Virus record (IMG/VR): IMGVR_UViG_3300021185_003122
Coordinates: 16,260 to 80,259 of that record
Reading direction: 5' to 3' (one strand)
Source: a virus
DNA length: 64,000 nt
The notes under the pieces are model-generated. The model was given only the letters and a program-made list of their open reading frames with translations, did not search any database and had not been told where the DNA came from. This document shows, piece after piece, positions 38,542 through 47,089 of this stretch. The first letter of the stretch is position 1. Each line of letters begins with the position of its first letter. The position numbers and the translations under genes are program-made.

Positions 38542-39453
38542 TTACAAAAACGGCTGACAATGTTCACATTTTCCGAAAGGGTTAGTACATTTATAGTCTT
38601 TATCAATGTATGCACCATTCTCATCTAAAACCTCTGATATCATTTTATTCATCGAATCAATAACCTGTTTAGTCTTTCTAGGTCCTGATGATGGACTAAA
38701 CTGTTGAACTCTTTTCTGCATAGAGGCAAACTCAGCATCCTTAGGTACTCTTCTCTTTACTATAAAGAACTCTACATCTATCTTATCTTTATCTATATCA
38801 AATTGCTTTGCAAAGAACTCTCTATATAGTATAACCTGAGCAGTTAAGTTAGGATTTTTCTTCTGGTTATCTCTCCATCCTGAAGTAGAAGTTTTAATAT
38901 CCATCACAGTCCATCTATCACTATTAGGATGGTAGAATACTAAATCAACTAGTCCTTTAAACATAACGCCAGGTCGTAACTCTTGGTATAAGAGCGTCTC
39001 TATACCTGCCAATTGCATGGTCTTAGTACTAAAGTACCCTCCTCTTTTCTTAGTTAAAAAGTCTAAAATGTGTTTACCATCTAACCAAAATTGAGTTAGC
39101 TCTTCTTGAGTAGAAAAATGTTCATAGTTCATTTGAGCCTTTCCTTGCTTATAAGCTTTCACCATATTATCATAGAGTAGTTGATGTAGGTTCATTTCAT
39201 TAGCAGCTTTTACCTTATCATGATACATAACCTCAAGCCATGATTGCATAGTCTCGTGCATAGCAGTACCAAAGCAAGTATAGATATTCTGAGTAAAAGG
39301 TACAGCGTTACGCATATACTGGAGTTCCCATAGCTTAGGACATTTATTATATGTACTTATTGAACTATACGATATGTGTTTATTTTTAGAAGGTGATTGT
39401 TTAATTTTAGACTCCCATACCTTCTTAACTATGCCTTTTAGCTTCTTCGCCAT
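38542..39453 (-). CDS. PD-(D/E)XK RecB/Cas4-like exonuclease
   Basis: SYS..Y.KCP, GTAMH, GLVDL, DIKT, Q...Y, C-terminal Cys cluster. Confidence 0.85.
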   Translation of the reverse strand: MAKKLKGIVKKVWESKIKQSPSKNKHISYSSISTYNKCPKLWELQYMRNAVPFTQNIYTCFGTAMHETMQSWLEVMYHDKVKAANEMNLHQLLYDNMVKAYKQGKAQMNYEHFSTQEELTQFWLDGKHILDFLTKKRGGYFSTKTMQLAGIETLLYQELRPGVMFKGLVDLVFYHPNSDRWTVMDIKTSTSGWRDNQKKNPNLTAQVILYREFFAKQFDIDKDKIDVEFFIVKRRVPKDAEFASMQKRVQQFSPSSGPRKTKQVIDSMNKMISEVLDENGAYIDKDYKCTNPFGKCEHCQPFL

Positions 39454-39604
39454 AATTTCTTTTTAAATCTTTTTTTGCTCTTTCATAATCGAAAGTTTTA
39501 CCTAAGTAAGGATAAAAGTGTTTTTCTTCCCAGTGCATTCGATAATCATAACCGTTTTCAAACTCCTCACTGCATTGACTGCACATGATGATTTTCTTCC
39601 CCAC
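39425..39604 (-). CDS. small C2H2 zinc-finger protein (59 aa)
   Basis: GTG start; CSQC-SEEFENGYDYRM-H-WEEK-H. Confidence 0.6.
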   Translation of the reverse strand: MGKKIIMCSQCSEEFENGYDYRMHWEEKHFYPYLGKTFDYERAKKDLKRNYGEEAKRHS

Positions 39605-39605
39605 A

Positions 39606-39977
39606 TTACTTATCTTTCCACTTACCTTTAAATACTATTTGACTGATAATACCATAATTGGTAATGTCTTGAAAAGTATCTATAAGAGTTTCGTTTTGAG
39701 CCTTACGACCAGTTAGTATCATATTCTTCCATCTATTGATCTTATCTGATAGTCTATACCATAAGCCGGTCATAGCAAAATCAGTCTCTTCTTGATTGAC
39801 TAACTGCGTACCAGCTGATACATTGCCCATACCGTAATCGAGATGCTTTTTAGCAAACAGTTCAAACTGTTCGTCTGCTATCTCTTTGTAAGCGTTGTAA
39901 ATTGTTGGATATTCTCTCTCTAGAATTTCTCTTGCCGAAGGAGGATTCTTGGCATTCATGATTTCTCTATCGCTCAT
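39606..39977 (-). CDS. nucleotide modification associated domain 1 (DUF1599-like)
   Basis: KHLDYG...RLSDKINR...ETLIDTFQDITNY. Confidence 0.75.
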   Translation of the reverse strand: MSDREIMNAKNPPSAREILEREYPTIYNAYKEIADEQFELFAKKHLDYGMGNVSAGTQLVNQEETDFAMTGLWYRLSDKINRWKNMILTGRKAQNETLIDTFQDITNYGIISQIVFKGKWKDK

Positions 39978-40022
39978 AGCATAACTTATTTATATAAAGA
40001 TACGAAAAATATTCTAAATAAC

Positions 40023-41096
40023 CTAGAGATAAGTTATTTTATTTTCGTCTTCTTTATCTATCCACCCTTCAGAACCATCTTCAAATTCTACTCTTCTTCT
40101 TGAAGGAGTTTTTTGTAGTATTCTTTTTACTTTTTTTTCTTCTTCTTCATCAACTACCTTCCAATCTTCTGGAGCTTCTACTATACTATAGTCAACGTCC
40201 ATATCTCTTACGTCAGTTTCTTCTTCATCAATATCGTCCCACAAGTCCTCTGGTACTTCATCTTCATATTCATTATAAAGATTCTTTCTATTAGCTTGAT
40301 CAAATGCAAAGTTAGCTGCTACTACTAATGATATTGCAAGAGGATCAAATACAAATATGATTACTAATAAAAGAATATTAATAATCTTATCCATAGGAGT
40401 GCCTGTTAGACCAGAAAGATACTCTAATGGACCTAACTCACCTGCTACGTCTGTATTGTTTTCTAAATCTAATATAGCTAGTTGATATTTCTGTAAGCTA
40501 TCTGCTACTTGTTCTCTTTTCGCTTGTATAGCCGCTCTATTTTCTTCTTCAACATTAATACGACTTTGGGATAATCTAAGTTCGGCAGTACTAACTGTTG
40601 ATCGAAAGCCTGTAGATGATGTCGTGTCTCGTACTTGAATCGAGGTCGCTTTCGCATTAGATAAAGTAGAAATGTTATTAGAGATTCTTTCGAGTTCCTC
40701 ATCATACCTTGCCACATCCTTTCCATAAAAATCTGTCTTTTGTTCTAGAAATGCTACTTGATTATTCTTAACTGTTAACTGTCTGTAAGTATCTTGATAT
40801 GCTGCACTTAAAAAGCCGTATATACCCATACTAGTAATCAATACCAATACTACCGCAGCAATAGAGAGATACGTTCTAAGAAGCTTATTGATAGTGTCCC
40901 AATACTGATATAAGAGAGAAGCTATGACAAGTTTAGCTACTTCTAATGAACCAGCCATTATAATAACTTCAAATGTAGCTCCAGCAAATAGTTTAGATAA
41001 TCCACTAACAGAATAGAAAGCAGCAGATGCACTAACAGATAATGCTGAGAGTGCTATAATAGAAGGGAATATGTTTCTTTTTATTCTATTGATCAT
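40023..41096 (-). CDS. multi-TM coiled-coil membrane protein
   Basis: Three N-terminal TMs, coiled coil, IIFVFDPLA TM. Confidence 0.75.
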   Translation of the reverse strand: MINRIKRNIFPSIIALSALSVSASAAFYSVSGLSKLFAGATFEVIIMAGSLEVAKLVIASLLYQYWDTINKLLRTYLSIAAVVLVLITSMGIYGFLSAAYQDTYRQLTVKNNQVAFLEQKTDFYGKDVARYDEELERISNNISTLSNAKATSIQVRDTTSSTGFRSTVSTAELRLSQSRINVEEENRAAIQAKREQVADSLQKYQLAILDLENNTDVAGELGPLEYLSGLTGTPMDKIINILLLVIIFVFDPLAISLVVAANFAFDQANRKNLYNEYEDEVPEDLWDDIDEEETDVRDMDVDYSIVEAPEDWKVVDEEEEKKVKRILQKTPSRRRVEFEDGSEGWIDKEDENKITYL

Positions 41097-41521
41097 TGTA
41101 CTAACAGTAGTAAGACTGCTGCAGCACCAACTGTAGTTCCTATTTTATAGAGTTTTTTGGCACGAGCTTCCTTTTTTAATTGTATTTGTAATTGTTCAGA
41201 TAACTCAGAACTAGTACCCAGCTGTAGATCTTTTTGATCAATAATACTCTGGTAATTTAAGACTTGACTTTCAAGATTAGTAACTAATTGAGACTGTGTT
41301 TCAAGTTTATTGTTAGTTTCTACTAACAATTCATTTAATGTTTTAACCTCTAATTTTAAACCGTCACCTGTAATAAGATCTTTTACTACTAACTTAGCTA
41401 TAGGTTTAGTTAATTGTATCGTTGTACTGTCCGTAACGTTTTGTGAAGTAGCGTTCCAGCTCATCATCAGTAAGGTCATTAACAGCATCAAGTTTCTTAT
41501 TTGTTTCTTTTTTGATAACAT
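41093..41521 (-). CDS. putative spanin-like coiled-coil protein
   Basis: Signal segment, coiled coil, C-terminal hydrophobic tail; overlaps upstream gene; adjacent to amidase. Confidence 0.45.
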   Translation of the reverse strand: MLSKKKQIRNLMLLMTLLMMSWNATSQNVTDSTTIQLTKPIAKLVVKDLITGDGLKLEVKTLNELLVETNNKLETQSQLVTNLESQVLNYQSIIDQKDLQLGTSSELSEQLQIQLKKEARAKKLYKIGTTVGAAAVLLLLVQ

Positions 41522-41753
41522 TTATACTATAGTTTAAATTACGAATCTTTTTATCATACTCAACTATCTGTATTTCCAGAGAGTCAGCTTGTTTATCTAA
41601 AATAGTATTCTTTGAATGTAAAGAATCTACTTTTTTTTCTAACATATCTATCTTATCAAGATAGGATTGTACGTCTATATCTTCTTTTTTATTTATAATC
41701 CAGAAGATACATAACGTAGTAATACATAAAAGTATAACTGATATACGGTTCAT
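41406..41753 (-). CDS. putative spanin-like TM coiled-coil protein
   Basis: N-terminal TM plus heptad repeats. Confidence 0.45.
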   Translation of the reverse strand: MNRISVILLCITTLCIFWIINKKEDIDVQSYLDKIDMLEKKVDSLHSKNTILDKQADSLEIQIVEYDKKIRNLNYSINVIKKETNKKLDAVNDLTDDELERYFTKRYGQYNDTIN

Positions 41754-41780
41754 TTCATTAATATACTAAATTTATTTCGA

Positions 41781-42272
41781 TTAAGCAACTAATAGTTGTT
41801 TAAATCTCTCCCAATCAAATGCTGAACCTGGATCAGTTTTACCTTTGCCTTTTCCTCTAACATGATCTCCACTACAATCAGAATGTCTAACAATATTCTG
41901 GATTGATATACTATACTCATCCATCCAGTACTTAACTACTTCAACAGATGTATTCATTTGTTCTTCAGAATAAGTCCCCTCAGTCTCTATAGCTTTTGAA
42001 AAGCTTCCGAAATCATGTGTACCTGGAACTAATAATTCGAAACCTAAAAAATGAGAGTTCAATCCTGATAATCCATTCCATTCTGATTTACCTGCATGAA
42101 ATGCTTTACCAGGTGAACTAACCATCTTTTCGTATGTTCCATCAGGTTTAATAAAACCATGTACTGATAATCCTATAGACTTTAAAAAGTCATGGGCATA
42201 CATTGGTCCGTCATCTAACTTTAGATACTCAGACATTGAGTGTACTATTACTCCTTTTGGTTTAATTGGCAT
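41781..42272 (-). CDS. N-acetylmuramoyl-L-alanine amidase (endolysin)
   Basis: VIVH, SVH, AFHAG, GFE, HSD, KTDPG. Confidence 0.88.
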   Translation of the reverse strand: MPIKPKGVIVHSMSEYLKLDDGPMYAHDFLKSIGLSVHGFIKPDGTYEKMVSSPGKAFHAGKSEWNGLSGLNSHFLGFELLVPGTHDFGSFSKAIETEGTYSEEQMNTSVEVVKYWMDEYSISIQNIVRHSDCSGDHVRGKGKGKTDPGSAFDWERFKQLLVA

Positions 42273-42274
42273 AA

Positions 42275-42505
42275 TTATTCTTTTTTACCACCGAAAATTT
42301 TACCTGCTTCAGCTATTCCAAATGAACCTAATACAATCCATACAAAAGAGTTGTATATAAATTCGTTGATTACAAGGTCTTTACCTACGTATCCAGTAAT
42401 CAAATCCACTAAAGCAAATAATACTATAATTACAAATGATGCGAATCCGACTACTGTCTTTTCGTTAATATCATTTTTATCGTTAAATAAGTCTTTAAAA
42501 GCCAT
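42275..42505 (-). CDS. holin-like protein (2 TM)
   Basis: Two TMs directly upstream of the amidase. Confidence 0.55.
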   Translation of the reverse strand: MAFKDLFNDKNDINEKTVVGFASFVIIVLFALVDLITGYVGKDLVINEFIYNSFVWIVLGSFGIAEAGKIFGGKKE

Positions 42506-42510
42506 TATAA

Positions 42511-42837
42511 TTAGTTTTTGTTTTTATTGTAAGCTTGTGTTCCAAAGAACGCTGCAACAATAGCTGCAACAGAAACAAAATAAGTTGCTGCCATATCACC
42601 AAGTATTTGTGATGCTTGATCTAAACCTATTAGATTAGCTAGCACTACTGCAAATGGATAAAGTAACATACCAAATAAAGCAAACCATGCCATCTTACGT
42701 TGAGCATCTCTCATTGCATCTTGGTCATCAAGTTCTTTTCTCTTGAACTCTAGATACATATCATGTTCTGCCTTTGATACTTTACCGTCTCCGTTAGTAT
42801 CTGCTGGGTGTAAAGCTTTTTTCTCTTTTTCTTCCAT
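42511..42837 (-). CDS. holin-like 2-TM protein with EF-hand-like motif
   Basis: DTNGDGKVSKAE followed by two TMs. Confidence 0.55.
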   Translation of the reverse strand: MEEKEKKALHPADTNGDGKVSKAEHDMYLEFKRKELDDQDAMRDAQRKMAWFALFGMLLYPFAVVLANLIGLDQASQILGDMAATYFVSVAAIVAAFFGTQAYNKNKN

Positions 42838-42849
42838 ATTAATAAATAG

Positions 42850-44727
42850 TTAAAAACTTAATCTACCTCCAATCATAAAGTTTACCATAGTAGGAAAATC
42901 TTTTATAGTGGCATCGATTACAGTTGTTCCTAATGTTAACCCAAATCTTTGAGTAAACATATAATTAAAATTTGTTCCTCCTATAACCATTACATCTGTA
43001 TTCCAAGTTGTATCATAATTAGTTAAACTCTGAGTAATAAATGGAGATGATACAGCTACCATAGGACTAATAGTTAATCTATCATTGTATTTAAAAGACT
43101 TAGTAGCAAAACCAGTTAATGAACCAGCAAGCACTATGTCATCATAGTATATGTATCCTTCTCTTACATCAAGTTCTACAGATGTTATAGTAGTTCCTAA
43201 TGCAAATCCACCTACTAGACCTTTCTTACCTAAAAATACTAGTGAATGGTTCATAGTACCCATATAGGATGTAAACATTTTCATCCCTCCTACAGCGGCT
43301 GAATATACTCTGTTAACTCTTCCTTCATCATTTACATGAACTCTAGAATAATTAAGGTTTAACATAAACTGTTCTAAATTGTCATACACCATTAAGTTAG
43401 CACCAAATGTTTCAGTACCTAGCAAAGTAGTCTGGCTTATGCCGAACATTGTAGCATAGGAATATTTTCCGTCAACTCCTTGTTGAGATAGTACGTTAGC
43501 GGCAAGGACTGGAGGAGCAAAAGCTCTTTTTTTCTTTTCATCCTCATCATCTTCCTCTTCGTCTTCGTTTGAAGTTTCTTCTTCTTCGCTTTCTTCCTCA
43601 TCATCCTCAGATTCTTCTTCGTCAGACTCCTCTTCATCTGATTCTTCTTCACTGTCCTCTTCTGACTCCTCGTCTGATTCTGATTCTTCTTCTGACTCTT
43701 CTTCTGATTGTTCTTCATCTGATTCTTCGTTTTCTGATTCTTCTTCGGTTGACTCTTCTTCAGTGGATTCCTCCTCTGTAGATTCTTCTTCTGTAGTTTC
43801 ATCTGATTCAGATTCACTTTCACTTTCAGTTTCTGATTCAGATTCACTTTCAGTACTATCATCAGATTCACTCTCTGTAGATTCACTTTCACTTTCTGAT
43901 GATTCTGATTCTGTGCTTTCACTTTCGGTACTTTCTGATTCAGTAGATTCAGTTTCAGTTGATTCTGTTTCTGTTGATTCAGTTTCAGTACTCTCTGTAG
44001 ACTCGGTACTTTCTACTTCTGTAGATTCTGATGAACTTTCTTGAGACGTTTCTTGCGAGCTTTCTCCGCCAGATGACGTTTCGGATGAAGAAGCTTCTGT
44101 AGACGTTTCTGTACTTTGCGTTTCTGTTGAAGCAGTTCCTTCAGTACTAGTTGTGTCTGGTTGCGAACTCCCCTGGCTCGATTCAGTTGTTGTGGGTTGT
44201 GATGTAGACGTATCAGGAGTACTCGTGTCTGGTGTTGATGTAGTTGTATCCGGTACGCTAGTATCAGGAGCCGAAGTCGTAGTATCTGGAACAGTAGTCG
44301 TAGGTGCTTCAGTAGTAGCGGGAACGTTAACATTAGTAGATGTTGCATCGGGTATAGTATTTGTCGTAGCAGTTTGATTCGCAACGTTAGTAGCATTAGC
44401 TGCTGCTTCTGTAGCCTGCTGCGTGGTTTGTTGAGTTTGTTGAGTTGTATTTACTACAGTACCTCCAGTAGTTGAACATGGACTAAGAGCATTCCACCAC
44501 AGCCAGGTTTCTTCTAGCCATGCTTGTAATTCACCATTTTGGAATTCTGCTGCTGTAAATGTACGGGACTTGTTATAGAATGCTACAACAGTCTGTCCAT
44601 TCATAGGTACACTAAATACAGAGACTGCTCCTGTACACCTATCTACATAGGTTTGGATCAGGGCCTGTGAGTAGGCCCGACCCATCCCCATCGCAGTAAT
44701 TACTATAATTAATAGCAACCTTCTCAT
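42850..44727 (-). CDS. secreted protein with T/S/E/D-rich stalk and C-terminal beta-rich (OM barrel-like) domain
   Basis: Signal peptide, about 300-aa low-complexity region, amphipathic strands ending in terminal Phe. Confidence 0.7.
   Translation of the reverse strand: MRRLLLIIVITAMGMGRAYSQALIQTYVDRCTGAVSVFSVPMNGQTVVAFYNKSRTFTAAEFQNGELQAWLEETWLWWNALSPCSTTGGTVVNTTQQTQQTTQQATEAAANATNVANQTATTNTIPDATSTNVNVPATTEAPTTTVPDTTTSAPDTSVPDTTTSTPDTSTPDTSTSQPTTTESSQGSSQPDTTSTEGTASTETQSTETSTEASSSETSSGGESSQETSQESSSESTEVESTESTESTETESTETESTETESTESESTESESTESESSESESESTESESDDSTESESESETESESESESDETTEEESTEEESTEEESTEEESENEESDEEQSEEESEEESESDEESEEDSEEESDEEESDEEESEDDEEESEEEETSNEDEEEDDEDEKKKRAFAPPVLAANVLSQQGVDGKYSYATMFGISQTTLLGTETFGANLMVYDNLEQFMLNLNYSRVHVNDEGRVNRVYSAAVGGMKMFTSYMGTMNHSLVFLGKKGLVGGFALGTTITSVELDVREGYIYYDDIVLAGSLTGFATKSFKYNDRLTISPMVAVSSPFITQSLTNYDTTWNTDVMVIGGTNFNYMFTQRFGLTLGTTVIDATIKDFPTMVNFMIGGRLSF
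43540..44300 (-). repeat. coding low-complexity repeats (PDT, TESTE, ESE, EEES)
   Basis: Degenerate gattca and ttcttc units. Confidence 0.75.
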
Positions 44728-44732
44728 AACAA

Positions 44733-45512
44733 TTAGTGATCAAAAATTCCTTTTCGTATCATTCTCTTCACTATCTTTGCGACTGCAGTCTCTAATGCTT
44801 TTCGAGTAGATACACCCACTGAGGAGGAATTGAATTTTACTTCATCTAAATTGTCTGAGTTAGTTAAGGTTAGCTCTCTAGTAGTAATTGCTTTACCTAA
44901 TCCTGATCCGGTCATATAAAGGCCAGTTTCAGAATCAACTGCTCTGATTTGTAGTCCTAGTCTGGTAACTAGTTTGTTTTTAATCCCATCTTTAAGATTT
45001 ATAGTTTCATCTTCTGATACAGAGTAGTCATATACTTCAACATAAATAAAATATTTAGCTAAAGTAATGTTACCTTTGATATCGATATCATTAGCTGTAA
45101 ATCCTTTTTGGGATGCTTTATATTGAGTCACCATTCTATTCTTGATTTCATCTCGAGTTTCGACAAATTCGAATCTCCAAGTTTCGTCAAGGAATGCTAC
45201 AGTAATGTTAGTCAGACCTAAACCTACTCTATTATCCCTTAATTCAGGATATTGGTTTAGAACGTCTTCTGTAACTCCAATATTAAGGAGAGCTACTGGT
45301 ACTGGATCACCATCATATTCTGGTATTGAGTATAACGAGGCTTGTTTCTCAAAATCCGCCTGATAATCCTCTGTAGTAGTCTTTCCTATTTGTTGTGCCG
45401 ATATAGAAGTACTAAATAATAGTAGTACTAATAATCTTTTAACCAAGGGTATCGAAGATGCCCCAAGTTGCGTTGTCAAATGTAGCTGGGTTAGTAACAA
45501 GTTCCCATACAA
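44733..45512 (-). CDS. CsgG/HfaB-like protein
   Basis: Signal-like KRLLVLLLFSTSISAQ (real start about 45446); VALL...RFEFVE...LGLQIRAVDSETG...ALETAV. Confidence 0.6.
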   Translation of the reverse strand: MYGNLLLTQLHLTTQLGASSIPLVKRLLVLLLFSTSISAQQIGKTTTEDYQADFEKQASLYSIPEYDGDPVPVALLNIGVTEDVLNQYPELRDNRVGLGLTNITVAFLDETWRFEFVETRDEIKNRMVTQYKASQKGFTANDIDIKGNITLAKYFIYVEVYDYSVSEDETINLKDGIKNKLVTRLGLQIRAVDSETGLYMTGSGLGKAITTRELTLTNSDNLDEVKFNSSSVGVSTRKALETAVAKIVKRMIRKGIFDH

Positions 45513-45654
45513 TAGTAGAAAATCCTACTAAAAATAGAGAAGATAGTGTTAAAAACCAGGCTGCAAAAAATAATACTAAACTTTTTCGTGTAAAAGTTGT
45601 AGCTTCGAGATATTCTTCTTTTATTAAAGAATAAGGGTTTACGTAATTGTTCAT
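45439..45654 (-). CDS. small membrane protein
   Basis: 71 aa, single TM. Confidence 0.6.
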   Translation of the reverse strand: MNNYVNPYSLIKEEYLEATTFTRKSLVLFFAAWFLTLSSLFLVGFSTIVWELVTNPATFDNATWGIFDTLG

Positions 45655-45690
45655 AGTTTCAATTTTAATGGTTACAAATTAATTCTTATC

Positions 45691-45724
45691 GGAGCCGATA
45701 GTTGCCGCTATCGGTTCCTTTTTT
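45691..45724 (+). terminator. strong hairpin/terminator
   Basis: GGAGCCGATAG-TTGCCG-CTATCGGTTCC followed by T6 on the plus strand. Confidence 0.5.
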
Positions 45725-45738
45725 CTACTGCGATATAA

Positions 45739-46029
45739 CTACCAATCTAAACCTGCCTTCTTCCTTTTTTCGGTTTCAGTAAGTTTAGGTTTGGCTTTAA
45801 TAAACACCTTCTTTACGACGGTATCTTTCTTTTGTTCCGGAATAGTAATATTGATTGTAGGGCCTTCCACATTAACGTTTTGTTCTTGCTTAACCTCTAC
45901 TGCCGAATCATCACTTTCTACTCCGAAAAACTCTTCTACTTTATCTGTAAAAACTGTACCTAAAGTTGTAAGTACAATTGCTACACCTGCAGTTATCTGA
46001 GCCTTAACGTTTTTTAATAGATTTTTCAT
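45739..46029 (-). CDS. hypothetical membrane-anchored protein
   Basis: 96 aa, N-terminal TM. Confidence 0.65.
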   Translation of the reverse strand: MKNLLKNVKAQITAGVAIVLTTLGTVFTDKVEEFFGVESDDSAVEVKQEQNVNVEGPTINITIPEQKKDTVVKKVFIKAKPKLTETEKRKKAGLDW

Positions 46030-46031
46030 AT

Positions 46032-46709
46032 TTAATCATCACTGACTGGAGTCTCATCTGGAGCACATCCTTCAGCATTTACATTGTTTATTTGAGTTAT
46101 AGGAGTATCTGGGCATTTATCTAATGCGTTAATAACACCGTCATAGTCATAATCTGCTACTGCAACTAATTGATCAACTCCTTCACCCACTTCTTGTAAA
46201 GAGGCTAAAAGTTCTTCTACTTGTGCTTTAGTAGCTTTAGTTTTCATTGTAGCTAGTATATCTTGTAGTCCTAATTTAATGTTAGCTATTTGTAAAAAGA
46301 TACCTGCCCATTGATTACCTTCATCATATAATGTCTGAAGTCCTTCTAAGGAGCTAACTACTCCGTTCAGGATATCGTCTATTTCAGATAAAAATTCTTC
46401 ATTAACAAGCATTGCTTCTTCGTAAGCTAACATAGCATCATTATACTCTAACATAGCTTCATTATACTCTGCAAGATGAGCATTATACTCCATTACTGCA
46501 TCGTGATAATTCTGTACTCCCTCAACGATAACTTCTAAATCCATTACGATTTGTTCCATATCGGAAGTAATTTGAGGAATGTTTAATGCTTCAAACGAAT
46601 TAACTACTTCTTGTAGCGATTCATTTAATCTAGCAAATCCTCTTTCCATCGAAGGGTTGGTACACCCTAATAATAATAAAACACTTAGTACTGCGAATAC
46701 GTTTTTCAT
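46032..46709 (-). CDS. coiled-coil lipoprotein with TSP3-like Ca-binding motif
   Basis: LLGC lipobox; EYN heptads; DYDYDGVINALDKCPDTP. Confidence 0.65.
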   Translation of the reverse strand: MKNVFAVLSVLLLLGCTNPSMERGFARLNESLQEVVNSFEALNIPQITSDMEQIVMDLEVIVEGVQNYHDAVMEYNAHLAEYNEAMLEYNDAMLAYEEAMLVNEEFLSEIDDILNGVVSSLEGLQTLYDEGNQWAGIFLQIANIKLGLQDILATMKTKATKAQVEELLASLQEVGEGVDQLVAVADYDYDGVINALDKCPDTPITQINNVNAEGCAPDETPVSDD

Positions 46710-47086
46710 TTTACAAACAATTTAACTGACTGTTTTTCATTCCCACTTTCATCTAAAAACTTAAATGTATAGTCTCCAGTTTCAAGTACTCTGGTGTATA
46801 TCGTATAAACGTTATCACCTTCCGTTACCTTTAAGGTATTTCTACTAACCAATTGTTTAGCTAAGTCTAATATTTCAACTGTGTATGTTCCGTCAACGTC
46901 TGTTTTTATATTAAACTTTGCTCCATCATAAACACTATTGTCATCAAACTGCAAGCCAGTAGTCTCTTCTATTTTTAACTCACTAGCTACCCATTGAGTA
47001 ACTGTAAAGTCATATTCATCTGGTGCACATGCTAAAAATAATGTGAACAAGATTGTATAATACCATTTTTGAAAATTGTAGCTCAT
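46706..47086 (-). CDS. lipoprotein with Ig-like/T9SS-CTD-like beta domain
   Basis: FLAC lipobox; YTVEILDL...LETGDYTFK...KLFVK. Confidence 0.5.
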   Translation of the reverse strand: MSYNFQKWYYTILFTLFLACAPDEYDFTVTQWVASELKIEETTGLQFDDNSVYDGAKFNIKTDVDGTYTVEILDLAKQLVSRNTLKVTEGDNVYTIYTRVLETGDYTFKFLDESGNEKQSVKLFVK

Positions 47087-47089
47087 TTT

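Noticed and set aside
38542-39453. Cas4/CRISPR locus
   Set aside because: No repeat-spacer array or other cas genes; stand-alone PD-(D/E)XK nucleases are common in phages
43437-44396. Alternate-frame ORFs 43437-43922 and 44013-44396 (also 40505-40726 and 61932-62117)
   Set aside because: By-products of repetitive or biased codon usage inside larger genes
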